Assembly: GCA_963848295.1 (NCBI GenBank) | Contig: CAWKDB010000010.1 | Coordinates: 1,280,001-1,344,000 of the forward strand | From: an uncultured delta proteobacterium | GTDB taxonomy: Bacteria; Myxococcota_A; Polyangia; Haliangiales; Haliangiaceae | DNA length: 64,000 bases | Direction: 5' to 3' | Shown here: piece after piece, positions 52,106-59,845 of the stretch | How positions within the stretch are numbered: the first letter of the stretch is position 1 | Layout of the letters: every line of letters starts with the position of its first letter | Made by a program: the position numbers and the translations under genes | Notes under the pieces: model-generated | Told to the model about the DNA's origin: nothing | Seen by the model: the letters and a program-made list of their open reading frames with translations, nothing else | Database searches by the model: none

Positions 52106-53109
52106 AGTGGGCCGTGCTCGCGCTGCTGATCGCGACGACCGCGCACGCGAACATCTGGACCGACGCGACGAAGTCCGACACGAGCCGCGAGCTCTACGAC
52201 CACGAGATGGCCGCCGGCGACGAGCTCGCGCGCGACGCGAACTCGCAGACGATCAGCCCGGTCGAGGTCGGCCGGTTCATCGCGAGCTCGATCAAGGCGT
52301 ATCGCGCCGCGGCGCAGGCCCGCCCCGAGGCAGGCGAGCCGTACTTCCGGATCGGCCGGCTGCTGTACTCGTTCTACTTCGAGTGCGATTCGTTCAGCGC
52401 GCAACTCCAGCACCCGCCGCTCACCGGCTGCCCCGAGGAGAGCGGCATGGATCTGTTCCACCCCGAGCAGGCGCAGCAGATCATCGATGCGTGGGATGCG
52501 TTCGAGGCGCGCGCACCACTCGACCCCAGACTCGGGGCGCTCGACGACAGCGTGCTGTTTCGCCGGGCGATCCTCCACACGAAGTTTGCGACCCGCGATC
52601 ACCTCGAGCACGCAGCCCACGACTACGAAGAGATCCTGGCGTTGTCCGATCCCGCCGACCAGGTCGACACGGTGGTCAACAACCTCGCAGAGACCTACAT
52701 GATGCTCGATCGGCTCGACGAGTCGATCGCGACGTATGGCGAGGCGCTGCGCCGATCGCCGCGGCCGGAGGCCTCGCTCGGGCTCGCGGTCGCGCTCGAT
52801 CGCGCCGGTCGGGTCGACGACGCACGCGAGGAGATCCTGTCGATCGGGATCGAAGGGATCCAGGAGTTCGTCCACAGCGTCGAGCGCCACGACACGTTCT
52901 TCGTGCCCGAAGGCGAGAAGTTCTACTACTTCGCGTTGATCGCGGAAGCGACCGGGGGCTACGACCGGGCGATCGGACTGTGGCGCGAGTACATCCAATC
53001 GGGCGCGCATCCCGAGTTCCAGCCGCGCGCAAGACAGCACATCACGACGCTGCTCGCGACGCCGAAGACGCCCCCGCGCGACCCGCCGTATCGCGAGGTC
53101 CCTCCGTGA
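52102..53109 (+). CDS. Secreted TPR protein
   Basis: GTGA overlap; signal ..AHA|NIW; NNLAETYMMLDRLDESI, GLAVALDR, FFVPEGEKFYY. Confidence 0.78.
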   Translation: MKWAVLALLIATTAHANIWTDATKSDTSRELYDHEMAAGDELARDANSQTISPVEVGRFIASSIKAYRAAAQARPEAGEPYFRIGRLLYSFYFECDSFSAQLQHPPLTGCPEESGMDLFHPEQAQQIIDAWDAFEARAPLDPRLGALDDSVLFRRAILHTKFATRDHLEHAAHDYEEILALSDPADQVDTVVNNLAETYMMLDRLDESIATYGEALRRSPRPEASLGLAVALDRAGRVDDAREEILSIGIEGIQEFVHSVERHDTFFVPEGEKFYYFALIAEATGGYDRAIGLWREYIQSGAHPEFQPRARQHITTLLATPKTPPRDPPYREVPP

Positions 53110-54425
53110 TCGCGCGCCTCGCGGCGTGCGCAGCGGTCGCGGTGATGTTCGCTGGCGCGCCGGCCCATGCGCAGTCGACGAAGTATCCGCCCGAGCCGGT
53201 CGACAAAGACCGAGACGAGGCGACGCACTCCCAGCTGTGGGAAGACGCGTTGGCCCCGGCGCGTCATCTATACGATCAGCTGCTCCGCGAAGGCAGCGAG
53301 CACCTCGAGCGCGGCGGCTCGCAAGAGCTCCAGCTCGCGCTCGAGACGTTCGATCGCGCGATCGCCCTACAACCGGCGGCCGGAGAGGGTTATGTGCGGC
53401 GCGCGATCGCGCACAGCGGGCTGCAACAGTGGGCCGCGTGTGCCGATGACTTTGTCACCGCGCTCGATCGCGGGCGAGTTGCCACCGTCGACGAACGCAA
53501 ACGCCTCGGCACCTGCCAGGCGCGCGCCGGCCGGCTAGCCGATGCCGAAGGAACGTTCGGGCAGATCGCTGCGGCGACGAACAACGCGGACCTCTGGCTG
53601 CGGCTCGGCGAGGTCCGGCTCGCGATGGGCAAGCTCGACGAGTCGGTCGCGGCGCTGCGCAAGGCCGGCGAGATCGGAGGCGGCGCGCTGCCGTGGTGGA
53701 TGCTCGCCGCCGCACGCGATCGCGCGCTCGAGCCGAGTAGCGACTACGTCGACACGACCGGTCATGCGATGACCGCAGCGCAGTACGCCGCCGCGCTCGA
53801 TCCATCGTTCTCGACGATCGTGAACCCGAGCACGCCGTTGCTCGCGGTCGGCGATACCGAGTATCTGCTCGGGCTCGCCTACAGCACGGCGCCGGCGATC
53901 GAACCGCAAGCGTATGTCGGTTTCGGCCGGCCGGTCAGCCGTGGCGCGCGACCGGAGTACGCGCTCGTCTACTTCCGCCGCTATCTCGCGCTCGTGCCAG
54001 AAGGTCCGTGGCGGCGGCGCGCCGAGGAGCACGTCCGCGAGATCAGCGCGCGCGAGCTGCCGTCGGAGGTGCGGCGGGTTCCCGGATCGAGCGCGCAGTT
54101 CGACACCGCCGCCGCCCGCGCCGAAGTGCATCGGCATCTGCCGGCGCTGCACGCTTGCCTCGCGAAGCTGCCCACCGCGGTGTTCGAGGTGACCATCACG
54201 AAGGTCGGCGCGCGCACCCCGGAGACCGTGCGCGATCATCCGATCTATCGCTTGCCGCCCGCGGGCATCAGCGTCGTGTGGTCACTCGACGTCGACGCCG
54301 CTGCGAAGCCCGAGATCGACGCCGCGACAGCCTGCCTCGAGACCGCAGCACGCGGGATCGCGCTGCCCGCGCCGACCGAACGCGACACATTCTATCGCGC
54401 CGCGTTCTACGTCGCCGCGCCCTAA
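53106..54425 (+). CDS. Secreted TPR protein with C-terminal alpha/beta domain
   Basis: GTGA overlap; signal ..PAHA|Q; LWLRLGEVRLAMGKLDES; C-terminal LHAC..ATACLE reminiscent of an AgmX/PglI C-domain. Confidence 0.7.
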   Translation: MIARLAACAAVAVMFAGAPAHAQSTKYPPEPVDKDRDEATHSQLWEDALAPARHLYDQLLREGSEHLERGGSQELQLALETFDRAIALQPAAGEGYVRRAIAHSGLQQWAACADDFVTALDRGRVATVDERKRLGTCQARAGRLADAEGTFGQIAAATNNADLWLRLGEVRLAMGKLDESVAALRKAGEIGGGALPWWMLAAARDRALEPSSDYVDTTGHAMTAAQYAAALDPSFSTIVNPSTPLLAVGDTEYLLGLAYSTAPAIEPQAYVGFGRPVSRGARPEYALVYFRRYLALVPEGPWRRRAEEHVREISARELPSEVRRVPGSSAQFDTAAARAEVHRHLPALHACLAKLPTAVFEVTITKVGARTPETVRDHPIYRLPPAGISVVWSLDVDAAAKPEIDAATACLETAARGIALPAPTERDTFYRAAFYVAAP

Positions 54426-54427
54426 CG

Positions 54428-54512
54428 GGGGACGGTGTTCACTGTGACAACCGCGTCATAACGATTCCAATGTGTTGCACAGGATCTGGTTGTCAAAGTG
54501 AACACCGTCCCC
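54428..54512. repeat. 25-bp inverted repeat pair (1 mismatch) around a 35-bp AT-richer spacer; REPIN/MITE-like
   Basis: 54428-54452 GGGGACGGTGTTCACTGTGACAACC; 54488-54512 reverse complement GGGGACGGTGTTCACTTTGACAACC; between convergent stops. Confidence 0.9.
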
Positions 54513-54514
54513 AG

Positions 54515-56929
54515 CTAGCCCTTGAGAAAGGCGACGGTGATGCCGTCGCCGCCTTCGTTGGGCTCGCCGGCGCGGAAGTTTGCGATCGAGCCGTGGCCGG
54601 TAAGGTGGGCGCGCACCGCGGCGCGTAGCGCGCCGGTGCCATGGCCGTGGACGATGAACGCGGCGTCGCGACCGGCGAGCAGGCTCTCGTCGAGGAATCG
54701 GTCGACGACGGCGACTGCTTCGTCGGCGCGCTGGCCGCGGATATCGACGGTCGAGTCGATCGTGCGCGCGGTGACGCGACGACCGGCGGGCACACCATCG
54801 ATCAGGACGACCGCCGGGCCATCTGGCTTGGCATCGGGGTCGGCCACGGCTTCATGCTCGGCGCGGCGAGCGGCGCGGTGCGAATCGAGTAGGATGTCGG
54901 CGATCGGTACGGTCGCGTGCATCGCTCCGAGCCGGACCTCGATCCGACCGTCGTGCGGCGCCGCGACGACCTCTGCGCGGCCGAGCTTCGGCACGATCAC
55001 CGGCGCACCGGGCACGAGCTGCTCGAGCCGCGGCGCGGTGCCCGGTAACTGGGGGCGCTTCGGCTCGTGCTTCGCGACCTGGGCGCCCGGCGTGACAAGG
55101 CGGCGCGTCGCGGTCCGGACGTCATCGGCGGTCGCGGCCTGCGCCTTCGCGCGAACTTCGCGGCGGACATCCTCGATCTCCCGGCGCGCCGAACGCAGCG
55201 CAGAGAGTGCTTCGCCATGTGCCGCTTTGGCTTGCTTCTCGAACCGCGCATGCGTGCGATCGCGTTGCATCCGATTCGCCGCACGCTCGGACTCGGCGGC
55301 CTCGAGCTCGGCGAGCAACGCGGCCCGCTCCTCCTCGAGCCGGCGGCGCTGGTCGGCGACGTTCGCGAGCAGATCTTCGACTTTCGCGATCGTCGGCCCC
55401 AACAGCTCGCGCGCCCGCTCGACGATCGGCGTGGCGATCCCCATCCTCTTCGCCACCGCGAGCGCGCCGGAGCTGCCGGGCTCGCCGAGGTGGAGCTTGA
55501 ACGTCGGCTCGAGCTTCTGCAGGTCGAACCCGACCGACGCGTTCGTGAAGTGCTCGGCACCGGCGCCGAGCGACTTCAGCCGATCGTAGTGCGTCGTGAT
55601 CAGCGCCGTTACCCCGCGCGCCGCGAGCGCTTCGAGCACCGCCTGCGCGAGCGCCGCCCCTTGGTCCGGATCGGTGCCCACCGCGATCTCGTCGATCAGC
55701 ACGAGCAGCCCGGGCTGCGCGGCGGCGAGCAGCTCTCGCAGGTTCACCATGTGGCCGGAGAACGTCGACAGGTCGTGCTCGAGCGACTGCGCGTCGCCGA
55801 TGTCGGTGACGATGCTCGGGAACCAGCCCATCGCGCTCCCGCTCTCGGCGCACAGGTGCAGCCCGGCGCGCGTCATCAGCGCCGCGAGCCCGACCGTCTT
55901 GAGCGCGACGGTCTTACCGCCCGCGTTCGGACCCGAGACCAACAGCGTCTGGCCCACCGCGACGGCGACATCGTTCGCGACGCAACGCCGCTCGCCGAGC
56001 AGCATCAGCGGATGGCGCGCGTGGAGCAACGCGATTCGCGGCGCGTCGTCGATGATCGGCTCGGCGGCGATCGTATCGTCGGCCATGATCGCGGCAGCGG
56101 CGACGACATCGATCAGCTCGCCGACGTCGAGCGCCCGCGTGATCGCATCGGCTTCTTCCGCGATCCACCCCGACATCTTGACGAAGATCCGCCGCTCCTC
56201 GTCGGCGACGTCGCACTCGGCGAGCTTCATCCGGTTGTTGAGATCGACGATCTCGTCGGGCTCGATGAACAACGTCTGGCCGCTCTGCGACGTGCCGTGG
56301 ACGATGCCGTGGACAAAGCCCTTGCCGTCGGTGCGCACCGGCAGCACGTAGCGGTCCTCGCGCTGCGTGTAATAGCCGTCTTGCAGGTACTGCGCGAATC
56401 GATCGTCGGTGAGCAGGCGGTCCATTCGCGTCTCGAGCTGCGCTTTGATCGAGGCGAGCGCACGCCGCAAGGGCCCGAGCGCGTCGCTCGCATGATCGAC
56501 GAGCTTGCCGGCGTCATCGAACGCGTCGAGGATCGGGTGATAGACGTGCCCCAGGTCGGCGAGCTCGTCGACGCGCGCCGCGAGTCGGGGCGCCGCGGCC
56601 GAATGCTCGCGAAGGTGAGTGCGCAGCTGCGCGAGCGAGCGACACGTCGCCGCAACGGCGACGAGCTCGGCCGCTTCGAGCGCCGCGGCCTTTCTCACCC
56701 GCTCGATCGCGCCCGCGACGTCCGAGATGCCGCCGAGCGGCAGCCTCGCATCGAGCGCGGCAAGATCGCGCGCTTCGGCGATCTCTCGAGCGCGCACGCG
56801 CGCATCGTCGGCGAGCTCGAACAACGCGCGCGTCTCCACCGCCGCCGCGCCGCGCTTGGTCGCGCACCGCTTCGCCCAATGACCGAGCAGCGTCGGCCAC
56901 CCCAGGTCGCCCAGCGTCTTGGCGCTCAC
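54515..56929 (-). CDS. mutS2: Endonuclease MutS2
   Basis: GIVHGTSQSGQTLFIEP, SGPNAGGKT, DIGDAQS..LSTFSGHM, LIDEIAVGTDP, ITTHY; C-terminal Smr domain (DIRG..IVHGHGTGALR..GGDG). Confidence 0.96.
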   Translation of the reverse strand: MSAKTLGDLGWPTLLGHWAKRCATKRGAAAVETRALFELADDARVRAREIAEARDLAALDARLPLGGISDVAGAIERVRKAAALEAAELVAVAATCRSLAQLRTHLREHSAAAPRLAARVDELADLGHVYHPILDAFDDAGKLVDHASDALGPLRRALASIKAQLETRMDRLLTDDRFAQYLQDGYYTQREDRYVLPVRTDGKGFVHGIVHGTSQSGQTLFIEPDEIVDLNNRMKLAECDVADEERRIFVKMSGWIAEEADAITRALDVGELIDVVAAAAIMADDTIAAEPIIDDAPRIALLHARHPLMLLGERRCVANDVAVAVGQTLLVSGPNAGGKTVALKTVGLAALMTRAGLHLCAESGSAMGWFPSIVTDIGDAQSLEHDLSTFSGHMVNLRELLAAAQPGLLVLIDEIAVGTDPDQGAALAQAVLEALAARGVTALITTHYDRLKSLGAGAEHFTNASVGFDLQKLEPTFKLHLGEPGSSGALAVAKRMGIATPIVERARELLGPTIAKVEDLLANVADQRRRLEEERAALLAELEAAESERAANRMQRDRTHARFEKQAKAAHGEALSALRSARREIEDVRREVRAKAQAATADDVRTATRRLVTPGAQVAKHEPKRPQLPGTAPRLEQLVPGAPVIVPKLGRAEVVAAPHDGRIEVRLGAMHATVPIADILLDSHRAARRAEHEAVADPDAKPDGPAVVLIDGVPAGRRVTARTIDSTVDIRGQRADEAVAVVDRFLDESLLAGRDAAFIVHGHGTGALRAAVRAHLTGHGSIANFRAGEPNEGGDGITVAFLKG

Positions 56930-57004
56930 GTTCGCTCCGCCCTCGGCGGAGCTACGCGTCGGGCCTTCACCCTCCTTGGCGCGCGGAGTCACAGCCGCGG
57001 AAGT

Positions 57005-57934
57005 CTACGCACCCGGAATCAGATCGGCCAGCGTCGGCACGACGCGATTGCGCCCGCCGTGCTTTGCGGCGTAGAGGTTCTCGTCGGCGCGCTTGATCAA
57101 GGTTTCGCCGTCGACATTCTCTCTGTGCAGGGTGGTCACCCCGAGGCTGATCGTGAACGAGATCGACTTGCCGTCGAACAGACACGGGCGCTCTTCGATC
57201 AGCGTGCGCAGGTGCTCGGCGAACACGACGCCGCCGGCGAGCGCCGTCGACGGCAGCACGCACGCGAACTCTTCACCGCCGTAGCGCGCGAACAGATCCT
57301 CGCGACGAATCCGCGGACGAATCCGCCCGGCGAGATCCTTGAGCACCGCATCACCGGCGAGGTGGCCATGCGTGTCGTTGACCAGCTTGAAGTGATCGAC
57401 GTCGAAGATGACGAGCGTGAGCGGATGGCCGTGACGGCTCGCGACCGCGAGCTCGCGCTCGAGGAACTCGAGGAAGTAGCGCTTGTTGTGGATCCCCGTC
57501 ATGCCATCCTGGATGGCCATGTTGTGAATCGCTTCGTGGTACGCGCTCTCGATGTTCGAGCCCGAAAGGAACTTGTAGATCGCGTCGCCGAACCGCACTT
57601 GATCCGCATCGGCGAGCTGTTGCGCCGTGATCCGCGATTCGTTGACGAACGTGCCGTTGGTCGAGCTCAGATCCTCGACCCACCAGTTGCCGGCTTCGTC
57701 GATGTAGAGCCGCGCGTGTTGCCGCGACACCGAGCTGCGGCTGACCACGAACCCAGCTTCGCTGTCGCGGCCGACGATGTACTGGGTCGACATCAGCGGG
57801 ATGCGCCGGCCGATATCGGGCCCCGGGGGGTGCAAGTTCACCAGGCAAGCGTCACCCGCCGGACCCTTTTTCTCAGGGGCGCCGAGAGGACGCTGCAGGA
57901 TCAGGGTCCCACCTTCGCGGTAGTCGTCGGTCAC
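57005..57934 (-). CDS. FHA-GGDEF diguanylate cyclase
   Basis: FHA: VGR..SVSRQHA..DLSSTNGTFVN; GGDEF: DVDHFK..NDTHGH, RREDLFARYGGEEF (RxxD I-site intact). Confidence 0.95.
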   Translation of the reverse strand: MTDDYREGGTLILQRPLGAPEKKGPAGDACLVNLHPPGPDIGRRIPLMSTQYIVGRDSEAGFVVSRSSVSRQHARLYIDEAGNWWVEDLSSTNGTFVNESRITAQQLADADQVRFGDAIYKFLSGSNIESAYHEAIHNMAIQDGMTGIHNKRYFLEFLERELAVASRHGHPLTLVIFDVDHFKLVNDTHGHLAGDAVLKDLAGRIRPRIRREDLFARYGGEEFACVLPSTALAGGVVFAEHLRTLIEERPCLFDGKSISFTISLGVTTLHRENVDGETLIKRADENLYAAKHGGRNRVVPTLADLIPGA

Positions 57935-57976
57935 GTCGCGGCCGTGGTTCGTTATAGCGCGGGGTACGACGTCGAT

Positions 57977-59254
57977 TCAATGGGTCGCGGCGACCTCGAA
58001 TGACCGCCGCGCACCGTCGGCCGTGGCGGAAACCGTGCCCAATAACAGCGCACCGAGCGCGGACCGGGCCAAGTCTTGCCGCGCGGGCGGCAGCAGGTCG
58101 ACGAACCGCGCGACCGCGTAACCGGCCATGGCGGCGATCGTGGCGACGACGAGCTGGCCAGCGAGCGCCCCGTCGAGCGCGGCGACCGCGGCGTCGCTCG
58201 TCGCGATCGACCCGATCGCGATGCAGTCGGCCCCCTCCCCTAGCGCGGCTGCGACACCCGACGTGAACGTCGCAGCGTGGTCACCGATCGTGCGCTGGCT
58301 GATGTACGGCGAGGCCGGGTGAAGGATCTCGACCCAGTCCTCGAGCACGACCGTGCGTCGGTGGCGCTCGCCGAGCGCGCGCACGATCGCGGCGAACGCC
58401 GTGGTCTTACCGGTGCCCGGGCCGCCGGCGACCAAGACCAGGCCGGGCCCGTCGAGCCATGACGCGACTGCGGCCAAGCCGAGCCGATCGAGCGGCGGTG
58501 GCTCGGCAGCGAGCACGCGCAGCGCCGCTCCCGGGCCGCGATGATCGCGAAGCAACGTCGCGCGCACCCGACCGACGCCGTCGCCGTACGCGAACGTCGC
58601 GGTCCCGCGCTCGGTCCACGCGGCCCGCGCTTCGGCAGGAGCGACGATGCCGAGCTCGCGCGATAGCGTCTCGGCATCGAGCGGCCCACGATCGCCTGCC
58701 GCGACGAGCTGACCGGCGACGCGCAGCGACGGTGGCGCACCCGCCGCGAGGTAGACATCGGTCGCGCGCTGGGCCCGTGCCGCGACCAGCAATTGATCGA
58801 GCAACGCACTACCGCTGGTCGCCACCGGCGCGGCTTCGCCGTCGTACTGGCCGCGCTCGATCACCATGTCCTCCATGCCGCCGGCCGGCGCGGTCGCGGG
58901 GCGAGGCGGTGCGCGATGGGGTGTCGGCGGTGGCGCCGCGACCGGCGGGGGGGCGACGGCCGGCGCATCGATCGTCACCTGCCACGCACCGGGCTTCGGC
59001 GCGACGTTCAACGCGTAGCGGATGCCGTTCGAATCGATCTCGAATTGCGCCGGCCGATGCTTGTCGATCTGATCGAGCACGGCCGGCGGCGCGACCTCGC
59101 GGACGAGCACGACGAGCTGATCATGCGGCGTGACCTGCGTCGCGTGGCGATCGCCGGTCGGAAACTTGAGCGTGATGCTCTGGCCCGACGCCAGCACGGC
59201 TCCGGCTGCGCCAAACCGTTCGATGCTTCGCAGATAGACGTCGATCTTCGGCAT
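57977..59254 (-). CDS. Degenerate PilT/PilU-like ATPase with extra N-terminal domain
   Basis: ATDVYLAAGAPPSLRVAG, GLVLVAGGPGTGKTT, VLEDWVEI, ISQR; Walker B is DCIAIGS and His boxes are absent. Confidence 0.78.
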   Translation of the reverse strand: MPKIDVYLRSIERFGAAGAVLASGQSITLKFPTGDRHATQVTPHDQLVVLVREVAPPAVLDQIDKHRPAQFEIDSNGIRYALNVAPKPGAWQVTIDAPAVAPPPVAAPPPTPHRAPPRPATAPAGGMEDMVIERGQYDGEAAPVATSGSALLDQLLVAARAQRATDVYLAAGAPPSLRVAGQLVAAGDRGPLDAETLSRELGIVAPAEARAAWTERGTATFAYGDGVGRVRATLLRDHRGPGAALRVLAAEPPPLDRLGLAAVASWLDGPGLVLVAGGPGTGKTTAFAAIVRALGERHRRTVVLEDWVEILHPASPYISQRTIGDHAATFTSGVAAALGEGADCIAIGSIATSDAAVAALDGALAGQLVVATIAAMAGYAVARFVDLLPPARQDLARSALGALLLGTVSATADGARRSFEVAATH

Positions 59255-59256
59255 GG

Positions 59257-59760
59257 CTAGGACAGCTCGGTGACTTGCACGATCTGAGTCTTGTTGACGA
59301 GGTAGTGCTCGTTCGCGGTCCACAACCGCACGAACCGGCCGGCGCCGTTGAGATGGTCTGCGACGCGCGGCCGATCGGAAGGCGACGAGTCGAACAGCGA
59401 GCCCTCGATCCGCCCACCCGCGACGAGCTCGACCGCGACGCGATGCTGGCGCTCGTAGAGCGTGATGACCTCGGACGGGATCTCGGCGAAGTCTTCGTCG
59501 TTATCGCTTGCGGCGTCGCGGTCGACCGCGATCCACGCGATCGCGTGCTTGCCGAGCAGCCGGACATCGCCATCGCTGCGGACCGGGATGAAGCCGGCTT
59601 CGGCGTCGAGCAGCGCCGCGATCGCATCGAGCAGCTCGCTGTGACCCTTGCGTGGAATATCGGCGACAAACAGCTCGACCGGATGCGTGGCCGCGCCGAC
59701 CAAGGTGAGCTGGACGTCGACCGCCATCGTCGGCAGCCTCAGCTCGCTCGATCGGTCCAT
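59257..59760 (-). CDS. Small conserved hypothetical protein with two similar beta-rich halves (DUF6812-like)
   Basis: ALLDAEAGFIPV and RVADHLNGAGRFVRL..YLVNKTQIVQV repeats; 2 nt upstream of the PilT-like gene. Confidence 0.65.
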   Translation of the reverse strand: MDRSSELRLPTMAVDVQLTLVGAATHPVELFVADIPRKGHSELLDAIAALLDAEAGFIPVRSDGDVRLLGKHAIAWIAVDRDAASDNDEDFAEIPSEVITLYERQHRVAVELVAGGRIEGSLFDSSPSDRPRVADHLNGAGRFVRLWTANEHYLVNKTQIVQVTELS

Positions 59761-59845
59761 CGTCACCGATGGTATCGCCCCCACGGATCGCACCGCAACC
59801 GGCCAACCACGATGCTGTCGGTCGATCGCGTCGCGTAGGCCGTCG

